Of a stretch of DNA of 64,000 nt, positions 39,578 through 48,838 are shown piece by piece (the first letter of the stretch is position 1; the number at the start of each line of letters is the position of its first letter). The DNA comes from Bacteroidales bacterium (GTDB taxonomy: Bacteria; Bacteroidota; Bacteroidia; Bacteroidales; VadinHA17), in the NCBI GenBank assembly GCA_025358645.1, contig JANYIW010000100.1:2938-66937 (forward strand), in the 5' to 3' direction. The notes beneath the pieces were generated by a model, which worked only from the letters and a program-made list of their open reading frames with translations, was not told where the DNA came from and did not search any database. The position numbers and the translations under genes are program-made.

Positions 39578-42500
39578 TTATTTATATTTGTCCCAGCTCT
39601 TGATTGCCAGGTCGTCTATGCTCATTTTACAAAAAGCAAGTATAAATGCACTTGCAAGCCGGGCATTGGTAATAAGAGGAACATTATAATCCACTGCACT
39701 TCTTCTTATGGTATAATCGTTATTCAGTTCTTTATCGCTGAGGTCTTTAGGTATGTTTACCACAAGATCCACCTCACGCGATTTAATAAGATCTATTGTG
39801 TTGGGTGATTTATTCTCATCTGGCCAGTATGCCACATGTGCTTCAACACCCGCATTCTTGAGGAACTGCTGTGTTCCTCTTGTTGCATAAAGCTTATGTC
39901 CTTTTTCGCGAAGCGCTTTGGCGCTGTTAAGAAGTTCAACTTTAGACCTGGCCGGACCAGTGGAAAGAAGAATACTCTTTTTCGGGACTCTGTAACCGAC
40001 AGAAAACATAGCTTTAAGTATAGCTTCATAGAAACCTTCTCCTATACAACCGACTTCTCCGGTAGATGACATATCGACTCCAAGTACCGGGTCGGCTTTT
40101 GCCAGACGCGAGAAGCTGAACTGAGGCGCTTTAACTCCTACATAATCAATATCAAATACTGTTTTGCCAGGTTTCTCTACCGGAACGCCAAGCATAACTT
40201 TTGTAGCAAGTTCTATAAGGTTTGTTTTGAGAACTTTGGAAACAAATGGCATGCTGCGGCTTGCACGAAGGTTGCATTCAATAACTTTAATATCATTGTC
40301 TTTTGCCAGGAACTGGATGTTAAATGGTCCTGAAATATTCAGTTCTTTAGCTATCTGTCGTGAAATTCGTTTTAAACGCCTGGCTGTTTCAAAGTATATC
40401 TTCTGGGCGGGGAAGACCATTGTTGCATCACCTGAGTGAACCCCCGCAAATTCTACATGTTCACTGATTGCATAGGCTATCATTTCACCATCGCGGGCTA
40501 CTGCATCCAGCTCGATCTCCTTGGCATTCTCAATAAACTCAGATACAACGACAGGATATTGTTTGGATACCTGGGATGCAAGTTTAAGGTAATGTGATAA
40601 TTCATTTTTATTTGAAACCACATTCATCGCAGCTCCAGACAGAACATAAGATGGTCTTATAAGAACAGGGAAACCTATCCGGTCGACAAATTCAAAAATA
40701 TCATCTATTGTGGATAATTCTTTCCACCTTGGCTGGTCAACTTTCAAAATATCAAGCATTTCTGAAAATTTATGCCGGTTCTCTGCCCTGTCGATGGATA
40801 AAGGGGATGTCCCTAGCACAGGTACTTTTTCATTATAGAGCCTCATCGCCAGGTTATTGGGTATCTGACCACCAACAGATACAATAACACCACCCGGATT
40901 TTCGAGTTCAATTATATCGAGTACCCTTTCGAAAGTAAGTTCATCGAAATAGAGTCTGTCGCATATATCGTAATCCGTACTGACAGTTTCAGGATTATAA
41001 TTTATCATTACGGATCTGAAGCCCTCTTTTTTTATTGTATCAATGGCATTGACTGAACACCAGTCAAATTCAACACTCGAGCCAATCCTATACGCCCCTG
41101 ATCCCAAAACAATCACCGATTTTTTGTCTGTTTCACATATAATATCGTGTTCCGAACCACTATAAGTAAGGTACAGGTAATTTGTTATAGCCGGGTATTC
41201 AGCAGCAAGGGTATCTATTTGTTTAATGTATGGAACAATACCTAACGATTTCCTGTAATTCCTGACTAGCATCAGGTCGTTGTTAATTTGATCGGCTCCC
41301 GATTTTAATACATGCCTGGCAATCTGGAAATCGCTGAACCCGTTTATCTTGGAATGTGAAAGGAGATCTGTAGGGATAGATTCCAGAGTATGATATTGAC
41401 TAAGTTCATCTTTAATGCTGATAATATTTCTAAGTTTGAAAAGAAACCATTTATCAATTTTTGTAAGTTCATATATTCTGTCAACAGACATCCCTATTTC
41501 AAGGGCTTCTGCAATTGAAAAGATCCTCATATCTGTTGGTTCGGCAAGTTCCTTCTCAATATCTTCAAAACCAAGATTCCGGTTTCCTGTAAATCCGTGC
41601 ATCCCCTGGCCGATCATCCTTAATCCCTTCTGTATAACCTCCTCGAATGTTCTGCCGATAGCCATTACTTCACCTACACTCTTCATACTGCTGCCGATCA
41701 GATGTGATACGCCTTCAAACTTATTAAGGTCCCACCGTGGTATCTTGCAAACGATATAATCAAGCGCCGGCTCGAAGCAGGCAGTTGTATTTTTGGTAAC
41801 CGAATTTTTTAGTTCGTGAAGCCCGTAACCCATAGCGAGTTTCGCTGCAATAAATGCCAGGGGATAACCAGTAGCTTTTGAAGCAAGAGCACTTGACCGC
41901 GACAGACGGGCATTGACTTCAATGACCCTGTAGTCTTCAGAATCAGGAGCAAGGGCATACTGAACATTGCATTCTCCTACAATTCCAATATGTCTGATAA
42001 TTCTGATGGAAAGTTCTCTGAGTTTATGATATTCACTGTTAGTAAGGGTTTGGGATGGTGCAACAACGATGCTTTCACCCGTGTGTATCCCAAGCGGATC
42101 GAAATTCTCCATGTTACATACGGTAATACAATTATCGTATTTATCCCTTACAACTTCATATTCAACCTCTTTCCATCCTTTGAGGGACGATTCAACAAGG
42201 ATCTGGTTTGAATAGGAAAAAGCTTTGGATGCAAGAGTTCGTAGTTCATCAGAATTCGATGCAAAACCGCTTCCCTGGCCGCCAAGGGTATAAGCTGCCC
42301 TGATGATGACAGGGTATCCGAGCTTATCCGCGGCTTCTATGGCTTCATTAACTCCCAATGCTGCAATGCTACTTGGTGTTTTAACATCTATTTCATCAAG
42401 TTTCTTTACGAAGAGCTCCCTGTCCTCGGTATTCATAATAGCAGTCACAGGAGTACCAAGTACTTTAACGCTATATTTTTCAAAAACTCCGGTTTTGTAA

Positions 42501-42802
42501 AGTTCTGTTCCACAATTGAGAGCTGTCTGCCCCCCAAACGATAGAAGAATACCATCAGGTCTTTCAATGGCAATCACCTTTTCAACAAAATACGGAGTAA
42601 CCGGAAGGAAATAGATCTTGTCAGCCAGCTCTTCAGATGTCTGAACTGTTGCAATATTGGGATTTATCAGAACAGTACTGACATCTTCTTCTTTTAATGC
42701 TTTCAAAGCCTGGGAGCCTGAGTAATCAAACTCACCTGCTTCCCCGATTTTCAATGCTCCTGACCCCAGGATTAAAACCTTCTTTACTACATTTTTCATC
42801 AT
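39578..42802 (-). CDS. carB: Carbamoyl-phosphate synthase large subunit
   Basis: 1074 aa with GSGALKIGEAGEFDYSG, duplicated ATP-grasp halves and a C-terminal MGS-like domain. Confidence 0.97.
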   Translation of the reverse strand: MMKNVVKKVLILGSGALKIGEAGEFDYSGSQALKALKEEDVSTVLINPNIATVQTSEELADKIYFLPVTPYFVEKVIAIERPDGILLSFGGQTALNCGTELYKTGVFEKYSVKVLGTPVTAIMNTEDRELFVKKLDEIDVKTPSSIAALGVNEAIEAADKLGYPVIIRAAYTLGGQGSGFASNSDELRTLASKAFSYSNQILVESSLKGWKEVEYEVVRDKYDNCITVCNMENFDPLGIHTGESIVVAPSQTLTNSEYHKLRELSIRIIRHIGIVGECNVQYALAPDSEDYRVIEVNARLSRSSALASKATGYPLAFIAAKLAMGYGLHELKNSVTKNTTACFEPALDYIVCKIPRWDLNKFEGVSHLIGSSMKSVGEVMAIGRTFEEVIQKGLRMIGQGMHGFTGNRNLGFEDIEKELAEPTDMRIFSIAEALEIGMSVDRIYELTKIDKWFLFKLRNIISIKDELSQYHTLESIPTDLLSHSKINGFSDFQIARHVLKSGADQINNDLMLVRNYRKSLGIVPYIKQIDTLAAEYPAITNYLYLTYSGSEHDIICETDKKSVIVLGSGAYRIGSSVEFDWCSVNAIDTIKKEGFRSVMINYNPETVSTDYDICDRLYFDELTFERVLDIIELENPGGVIVSVGGQIPNNLAMRLYNEKVPVLGTSPLSIDRAENRHKFSEMLDILKVDQPRWKELSTIDDIFEFVDRIGFPVLIRPSYVLSGAAMNVVSNKNELSHYLKLASQVSKQYPVVVSEFIENAKEIELDAVARDGEMIAYAISEHVEFAGVHSGDATMVFPAQKIYFETARRLKRISRQIAKELNISGPFNIQFLAKDNDIKVIECNLRASRSMPFVSKVLKTNLIELATKVMLGVPVEKPGKTVFDIDYVGVKAPQFSFSRLAKADPVLGVDMSSTGEVGCIGEGFYEAILKAMFSVGYRVPKKSILLSTGPARSKVELLNSAKALREKGHKLYATRGTQQFLKNAGVEAHVAYWPDENKSPNTIDLIKSREVDLVVNIPKDLSDKELNNDYTIRRSAVDYNVPLITNARLASAFILAFCKMSIDDLAIKSWDKYK

Positions 42803-42816
42803 CCGGATTTGAGGTT

Positions 42817-42824
42817 CAAAAATA
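42817..42824 (-). promoter_or_regulatory. -7 promoter box for carB
   Basis: Minus strand reads TATTTTTG, ending 14 nt before the carB ATG. Confidence 0.35.
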
Positions 42825-42862
42825 ATATAATTTTTTAATTTGGCTTGGTGTTAATGAAAAAA

Positions 42863-42897
42863 TGAATATATTTGCAAAATAAATGCATAAATATGCA
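42863..42897. promoter_or_regulatory. Pair of ARG-box-like imperfect palindromes (putative ArgR operator)
   Basis: TGAATATATTTGCA (42863-42876) and TGCATAAATATGCA (42884-42897) start 21 bp apart. Box 1 overlaps the argR -7 box and box 2 overlaps the argR ATG. They lie in the carB/argR divergent region. Confidence 0.45.
42867..42874 (+). promoter_or_regulatory. -7 promoter box for argR
   Basis: TATATTTG ends 18 nt before ATG 42893 and is embedded in ARG-like box 1. Confidence 0.4.
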
Positions 42898-43375
42898 AAA
42901 AACAAAAAGACTTTTGGCAATAGAGAAAATTATTTCTGATGAAAATATATCAATTCAGGAAGAATTACTTAAAAAACTGAAAGGGAAAGGGATTAGTTGT
43001 ACTCAGGCTACGCTATCCCGCAATTTAAGGCAGTTAGGTGTTGGACGAATACCTGACGGTACGGGAGGGTACAAGTATTCTTTATCTGAAAATATCAGAA
43101 ATTCGGAAAAAACTTCACTCAAACTGAATATTGTACCAGTTATACGGGATTTAGTTGAAGCAAAAGGACTTATGGTAATTAAAACTATTCCCGGAAATGC
43201 AAGTAACACAGCCTTTTTTATTGATGGTGCAGGAAGATTTGAAATAGCAGGGACAATAGCTGGTGACGACACGATTCTGGTAATTCCCAGAGACGGAGTT
43301 ACTATCCCGCAGGTTCATACCTGTCTGGAGATTATTTTACCAGGGATACATGAGCAGATTAAAAGTAAGAAGTAA
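42893..43375 (+). CDS. argR: Arginine repressor ArgR
   Basis: First ATG is 42893 (the track uses TTG 42872). wHTH block SCTQATLSRNLRQLG and C-terminal block AGTIAGDDTILVIP. Confidence 0.9.
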   Translation: MQKTKRLLAIEKIISDENISIQEELLKKLKGKGISCTQATLSRNLRQLGVGRIPDGTGGYKYSLSENIRNSEKTSLKLNIVPVIRDLVEAKGLMVIKTIPGNASNTAFFIDGAGRFEIAGTIAGDDTILVIPRDGVTIPQVHTCLEIILPGIHEQIKSKK

Positions 43376-43485
43376 GAAGTAGGAAGTGTGAGGTGTGAGG
43401 TATGAGGTATGAGGTTGAGGTGTGAGGTATGAGGTATGAGGTATGAGGTGTGAGGGGTGAGGTGAAGTAAGAAGATAAAAGTAAA
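43363..43485 (+). repeat. Tandem heptanucleotide array (~18 units, A[A/G]GT[A/G][A/T]G)
   Basis: The units read AAGTAAG x2, AAGTAGG, AAGTGTG, AGGTGTG, AGGTATG x2, AGGTTG, AGGTGTG, AGGTATG x3, AGGTGTG, AGGGGTG, AGGTG, AAGTAAG, AAGATAA, AAGTAAA. The plus strand has no cytosine from 43356 to 43487. The first units encode the last argR codons and its stop. Confidence 0.9.
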
Positions 43486-43504
43486 ATCGGAACGCAGCCG
43501 GAGA

Positions 43505-43580
43505 TCCCGCTTAGGCGGGAAGACGAAAAAGCCCCCCCTGCCTACCGGCAGGCAGGCATTTGGGGGGTTGAGGGGTAAAA
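43505..43580. repeat. GC-rich nested palindromic element, copy B (single core)
   Basis: Hairpin TCCCGC-ttag-GCGGGA (43505-43520). Then GCCCCCC + core CCTGCCTACCGGCAGGCAGG (43537-43556) + CATTTGGGGGGTTGAGGGGTAAAA. The core is the exact reverse complement of the central 20 nt of copy A. Confidence 0.75.
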
Positions 43581-43615
43581 TTCAAAATGTAAATACTAAA
43601 TAAAACATTAAAACA

Positions 43616-44848
43616 ATGAAAGAAAAAGTCGTTTTGGCATATAGTGGAGGTTTGGATACTTCAGTGATACTTAAATGGTTAATAGATAAGAATTATGAAG
43701 TCATTGCTTTTATAGCTGATGTGGGTCAGGCCGAAAATTTTGACGAATGCAGAAAAAAAGCGCTATTGCTTGGAGCTTCAAAAGTGATTATAGCCGACCT
43801 GAAAAGGGAATTTGTTGACGGTTATGTGCTTAAAGCCATAATGGCCAACGCAATATATGAAGACAGGTACCTGCTTGGCACAGCACTGGCAAGACCGCTT
43901 ATTGCAAAAAAGCAGATCGAAGTTGCAAAAGCTGAAGGAGCCAACGCGGTTGCACATGGCGCCACGGGTAAAGGCAATGATCAGGTGAGATTCGAATTAT
44001 GTTATTATGCGCTGATGCCCGGAGTTAAAGTTATTTCCCCGTGGAAAGATAAAGAGTTCCTGGCAACATTTAAAGGAAGAACAGATCTTCTGAAGTATGC
44101 AACTGAAAAAAAGATCCCGGTGAAAGCAAGCATCGATAAGCCTTACAGTGAGGATGATAACCTCATGCATATCAGCCATGAAGCCGGAGTTCTGGAAGAC
44201 CCGATGTATACTCTGCATAAGAGCATGCTGGAAAAGATGGTAATGCCACAGGATGCACCCGATAAAGAAACCCGGATAGTCATTCACTTTAAGAACGGGA
44301 TACCTGTTAAGCTTGTCAACAAAGAGGATGGAACAGTGAAGGAAGATTCTTATGATATGTTTGTTTATCTGAATGAACTTGCAGGCAAAAACGGTATCGG
44401 CCTCCTGGATATGGTGGAGAACCGCTTCGTAGGGATAAAATCGAGAGGTGTGTATGAGACTCCTGCTGCAACAGTTTTACATATTGCTCATAAGGATATC
44501 GAAGGAATAGCTATGGACAGAGAGGTAATGCGACTTGTAAACATGCTTACCCCAAAATTTGCCGAGATTATCTATAATGGTTTCTGGTTCAGTCCTGAAA
44601 TGGATTTTCTTATGGCCGCTATAGAAAAGAGTCAGGAGCTTATTGATGGCAGCGTTCATCTCTGTCTTTATAAAGGGAATGTTCTCATAGAAGGTCGTGA
44701 ATCACCATCTTCACTTTATAATAAAAAACTTTCAAGCATGGATATTGAGGGTGGATTTGATCAGACTGACAGTAAAGGATTCATAAGGATTAATGCAATC
44801 AGACTCATGGCTCACAGAGCTATAGTCGAAGCTAGTCAGAAAAAATGA
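43616..44848 (+). CDS. argG: Argininosuccinate synthase
   Basis: 410 aa with the blocks AYSGGLDTS and [13 protein letters not shown]. Confidence 0.97.
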   Translation: MKEKVVLAYSGGLDTSVILKWLIDKNYEVIAFIADVGQAENFDECRKKALLLGASKVIIADLKREFVDGYVLKAIMANAIYEDRYLLGTALARPLIAKKQIEVAKAEGANAVAHGATGKGNDQVRFELCYYALMPGVKVISPWKDKEFLATFKGRTDLLKYATEKKIPVKASIDKPYSEDDNLMHISHEAGVLEDPMYTLHKSMLEKMVMPQDAPDKETRIVIHFKNGIPVKLVNKEDGTVKEDSYDMFVYLNELAGKNGIGLLDMVENRFVGIKSRGVYETPAATVLHIAHKDIEGIAMDREVMRLVNMLTPKFAEIIYNGFWFSPEMDFLMAAIEKSQELIDGSVHLCLYKGNVLIEGRESPSSLYNKKLSSMDIEGGFDQTDSKGFIRINAIRLMAHRAIVEASQKK

Positions 44849-44903
44849 TGATAATCTTTCATTCATACTATATATTTAGGTTATTTAATAATACTACAGT
44901 ATC

Positions 44904-46247
44904 ATGAAACTCTGGGAAAAAGGGATTAATCCCGAACCTGCAATCATCGAATTTACAGCAGGGAAAGACAGAAAAACCGATCTGGCTCTCACAAAATGGG
45001 ATATAATCGGTTCAATGGCTCATGTGATAATGCTGGAAAACGTTGGATTGATTTCAGAGGATGAAAAGAATGGATTGTTAAAAGCCCTTCATTCTTTATT
45101 TGTATGGGATGAGGAGGGTAGCCTCGTTATTGAAAAAGATGTTGAGGATATCCATTCACAGATTGAAAAGGAGATGTCGTCAATACTCGGTACGACAGGT
45201 AAAAAAATTCACACCGGACGATCAAGAAACGATCAGGTACTGGTCGATATTCGTCTCTATACGAGGGAGGAGATAGACAAGCTTTCGGTTCTGATCCGGA
45301 GGTTGTTTACAAAGTTACAATCTTTGAGCGAACAACATAAAGCAGTGCTTGTACCGGGTTATACTCATATGCAGCCTGCAATGGTCTCGTCGTTTGGCTT
45401 GTGGTTCGGAGCTTATGCGGAATGTCTGGCAGATGATGTTCTTCTTCTTTCAGGAGCGCGGGCCCTTAATAATCAGAATCCTCTGGGGACAGCTGCAGGG
45501 TATGGAACCACATTACCAATAAACAGGAAACTGACATCGGAGCTACTTGAATTTGATGATCTTCTCTACAACTCAGCTTATGCAAGCCTGAGCAGGGGCA
45601 AAATTGAAATGGCAATTGGCTCAGCTCTTGCTTCTGTGGCACAGACTCTTTCACGGTTTTCTATGGATATCTGTCTATACATGACTTCCGAATTCAGATT
45701 CATTGATTTCCCTGATGAATATATTACAGGCTCAAGTATAATGCCCCAGAAAAGAAACCCCGATGTTTTCGAACTGATAAGAGCCAGGTCCAATGTCCTT
45801 CTATCCCTGCCAAACCAGATAGCCATCCTGACATCAAACCTTCCTTCAGGATACAACAGAGATCTTCAACTTCTTAAACAGCTGATATTTGATGCGTTCG
45901 GAGAGTTGAGGGAGTGTATTGAAATAATGCTTTTAATGCTTAATAATATTATAATAAAGAAGAACATAACGGAGAATCCATTATACAACACTATTTTCAG
46001 CACTGAAGAGGTAAACAGGTTGGTTAAACAGGGAATCCCCTTCAGAGATGCGTACAAAGCGGTATCTGAAATGGTGAAAAATTCTACATTTTCAAAGACA
46101 TCATTGTCAGATTATGTTCACGAAGGAAGTATAGGTAATCTTTGTAATAAAGAGATAGCCGAAATTTTTGAGAAGAGGATGGAAAGCTTTAAAAACAGAA
46201 CAGCATCTGAACTGGCAGATAAGATGATGATGCATGTGACTAAGTGA
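44904..46247 (+). CDS. argH: Argininosuccinate lyase
   Basis: 447 aa with the fumarate-lyase signature GSSIMPQKRNPD. Confidence 0.95.
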   Translation: MKLWEKGINPEPAIIEFTAGKDRKTDLALTKWDIIGSMAHVIMLENVGLISEDEKNGLLKALHSLFVWDEEGSLVIEKDVEDIHSQIEKEMSSILGTTGKKIHTGRSRNDQVLVDIRLYTREEIDKLSVLIRRLFTKLQSLSEQHKAVLVPGYTHMQPAMVSSFGLWFGAYAECLADDVLLLSGARALNNQNPLGTAAGYGTTLPINRKLTSELLEFDDLLYNSAYASLSRGKIEMAIGSALASVAQTLSRFSMDICLYMTSEFRFIDFPDEYITGSSIMPQKRNPDVFELIRARSNVLLSLPNQIAILTSNLPSGYNRDLQLLKQLIFDAFGELRECIEIMLLMLNNIIIKKNITENPLYNTIFSTEEVNRLVKQGIPFRDAYKAVSEMVKNSTFSKTSLSDYVHEGSIGNLCNKEIAEIFEKRMESFKNRTASELADKMMMHVTK

Positions 46248-46276
46248 AACCCCTTCTATGTGACATCTCCTTATTT

Positions 46277-46307
46277 GCCCCCCATTTGGGGGGTTGGGGG
46301 GTAAAAA
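46277..46307. repeat. GC-rich element, copy C (core-less)
   Basis: GCCCCCC-ATTT-GGGGGGTTGGGGGGTAAAAA. It is colinear with copy B except that the 20-nt palindromic core is missing. It lies between the convergent argH and carA genes. Confidence 0.7.
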
Positions 46308-46327
46308 TTAAGGGAGAAGAAAGGTAA

Positions 46328-47407
46328 TTATTTTGATTTGCGAATATTCTCCATAAATACATCAAACAGATAATCAGTGTCTGTAGGTCCGCCTGATGCC
46401 TCAGGGTGAAACTGGGTTGAGAAGAAAGGTTTCTTCTTGTGTTTCATCCCTTCATTTGTCTGGTCATTTATATTGATAAAAAGGGGTTCCCAATCCTGGC
46501 CAAGTGTTTTGTTATCAACTGCAAATCCATGGTTTTGAGAAGTAATGTAAGCCTTATCGGTACCTACCTGCAGAACAGGCTGATTATGGCTTCTGTGTCC
46601 ATATTTCAGTTTATATGTATCAGCGCCGGAAGCAAGGGCCATTAACTGGTTGCCAAGACAAATACCGAAAACTGGTTTATCACCCGCAAAAGATTTTGCA
46701 ATATTCTGGATTGTGGGACCGCACATTTTGGGATCACCCGGACCATTGGAAAGGAAGAGTCCGTCAAAATCTTCAGTATGATAATTATAGTCCCATGGTA
46801 CTCTTATTATTGTGGTTTCTCTTTTTAGCAGGTTTCTGATAATGTTATACTTAACTCCACAGTCGACAAGTAGTATCTTATATTTTCCGGAGCCGTAGAT
46901 TTTTTTTTCACGCGTGCTGACTTCAGCGACAAGATTCACTTTATTCGGGTCATAAAAATCGGTTTCTGTTCCTTCGGGTTCAACTTTTCCAAGCATAGCG
47001 CCTTTTTCACGAATTCTTTTTGTAAGAGCTCTTGTATCTATGCCATAGATTCCCGGTACATTATTTCTTTTCAGCCACTCATCCAGACTTTCGGTGGCGT
47101 TCCAATGGCTGTATTCAAATGAGTAATCGGATACAATCAGTCCGGAAATGTGGATCGATGAGGACTCATAAAAACGGTACAGGTCGTTTTCTTCACTTTT
47201 CCCGGGTGCGCCATAATTGCCTACAAGCGGATAAGTAAGACACAGGATCTGACCGCGGTAGGATGGATCGGTTAAGCTCTCAGGATAACCAGTCATAGCA
47301 GTATTGAAAACCACCTCACCTGCGGCTGGAATGCATGATCCGAAGGACCTGCCGTGATAAATTGTTCCGTCCTCCAGAGTTAGCCTGACCTTTATACTGT
47401 TTTTCAT
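46328..47407 (-). CDS. carA: Carbamoyl-phosphate synthase small (glutaminase) subunit
   Basis: 359 aa with the nucleophile block GICLGNQL and FSTQFHPE. Confidence 0.95.
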   Translation of the reverse strand: MKNSIKVRLTLEDGTIYHGRSFGSCIPAAGEVVFNTAMTGYPESLTDPSYRGQILCLTYPLVGNYGAPGKSEENDLYRFYESSSIHISGLIVSDYSFEYSHWNATESLDEWLKRNNVPGIYGIDTRALTKRIREKGAMLGKVEPEGTETDFYDPNKVNLVAEVSTREKKIYGSGKYKILLVDCGVKYNIIRNLLKRETTIIRVPWDYNYHTEDFDGLFLSNGPGDPKMCGPTIQNIAKSFAGDKPVFGICLGNQLMALASGADTYKLKYGHRSHNQPVLQVGTDKAYITSQNHGFAVDNKTLGQDWEPLFININDQTNEGMKHKKKPFFSTQFHPEASGGPTDTDYLFDVFMENIRKSK

Positions 47408-47427
47408 TAAATATTAAGTATTTCTGT

Positions 47428-48600
47428 TTATCTGATTGTTGAAACAGCCTTTTCAATCTGTTCCATAGCTTTCGTAACTGTCTGTCTCGTTGTACCAAGA
47501 TTCATTCTCATAAATCCTTCTCCCCCCGGGCCAAAAGTCGACCCTTCATTCATACCAACACCTGCTTTGGTTACAAAAAAATTCTGAAGCTCTTTTCCTG
47601 TCATTCCAAATTTTCTGCAATCCAGCCAGATCATATAAGTCGCTTCGGGTTGAACAGCTATGATTTCGGGGATCATTTCTCTGCAATAATCCTTCACAAA
47701 TTCAACATTATGATCAATATAATCGAGCAGCTCATCGAGCCATTTATACCCGTTGGTATAAGCAGCAATTGAAGCCGTGGTCCCGAATATATTACCACTT
47801 CCCACATGAAGATTATCAACGATCCGGTTGAATGATTTTCTCAGATCAGGATTTGAAATAATGACGGATGATGATGAGAGCCCGGCAAGATTAAAGGTTT
47901 TGCTTGGAGCTATTAAAGTAATTGTATTCTCTGCTATTTTTTCAGAAAGAGATGCTAAAGGAGTATGGGTGAATCCAGGCAAAACAAGATCGCAGTGTAT
48001 CTCATCTGAAATGATCAGAATATTGTTTTTCAGGCAAATATCAGCCAGGTTAGTTAGTTCCTCTGGAGTCCATACTCTTCCAATCGGATTATGCGGATTA
48101 GATATAATTATCATTTTTGTTTTGCTGTCAATCCCGGCGATAAGTGAATCATAATCCATGGTCCATTTCCCCTCAGACTCAATCAGTCTGTTATAAATCA
48201 GATTACGACCATGAGATTCTGCAGCTGAGAAGAAAGGAAAGTATACAGGCGGCTGAACAATTATGCTATCACCTGCATGGGTAAAAGCCAGAGTACAGAA
48301 ATTCAGTGCAGGAACGATACCCGGACTAAACGAGATCCAGTCTTTTTCGACTGACCAGTTATGTCTGCATTTGATCCAGTTAATAATAGACAGAAAATAT
48401 TCGGCGGGTCGGAAAGAGTAACCGTAAATCTCATGTTCAAGACGCTTCTGAAGCGATTCTACAACAAAATCAGGGGACTTAAAATCCATATCTGCCACCC
48501 ACATAGGAATGACATTTTTTACACCAAAAGTCTCTTCCAGGCGGTCATATTTTATGCAGTCTGTTCCCTCTCTGCCGGCAGATTCATCGAAATTCCACAT
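47428..48600 (-). CDS. PLP-dependent class I/II aminotransferase, MalY/PatB-type C-S lyase
   Basis: 390 aa with the PLP-lysine block APSKTFNLAGL and ISNPHNPIGRVW. Confidence 0.8.
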   Translation of the reverse strand: MWNFDESAGREGTDCIKYDRLEETFGVKNVIPMWVADMDFKSPDFVVESLQKRLEHEIYGYSFRPAEYFLSIINWIKCRHNWSVEKDWISFSPGIVPALNFCTLAFTHAGDSIIVQPPVYFPFFSAAESHGRNLIYNRLIESEGKWTMDYDSLIAGIDSKTKMIIISNPHNPIGRVWTPEELTNLADICLKNNILIISDEIHCDLVLPGFTHTPLASLSEKIAENTITLIAPSKTFNLAGLSSSSVIISNPDLRKSFNRIVDNLHVGSGNIFGTTASIAAYTNGYKWLDELLDYIDHNVEFVKDYCREMIPEIIAVQPEATYMIWLDCRKFGMTGKELQNFFVTKAGVGMNEGSTFGPGGEGFMRMNLGTTRQTVTKAMEQIEKAVSTIR

Positions 48601-48838
48601 CCTAAAAAATTGTCTGGTTTCAGGGGTTTAAAGATATATAAAAAACAGATACGCAGATGGGCTGAAAAACCCGGGTTGTACTGCAAATGAATCAGCCTTT
48701 ATTTGAAAGTTTACTTATTTTATAACAATTTCAGTCAATTTAAGCGTTCTAAACTAAAGGCACTAAGTATTTTCAATATTATTTACTACTTTTATAAACG
48801 TTTTTGGATGAGTTTTTAAAATTTTAAATTTTGTCAAT

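Noticed and set aside
43363-43485. Considered whether the repeat array is a CRISPR array or a coding repeat.
   Set aside because: The units are 7 nt long with no spacers, and there are no cas genes. Frames contain frequent TGA/TAA/TAG stops, so it is neither a CRISPR array nor a protein-coding repeat.
43561-43576. G-quadruplex potential of the GGGGGG TT GAGGGG and GGGGGG TT GGGGGG tracts (also at 46288-46301).
   Set aside because: Each copy has only two long G-runs on a strand. An intramolecular quadruplex needs four. Pairing with the adjacent C-run as a hairpin is the simpler explanation.
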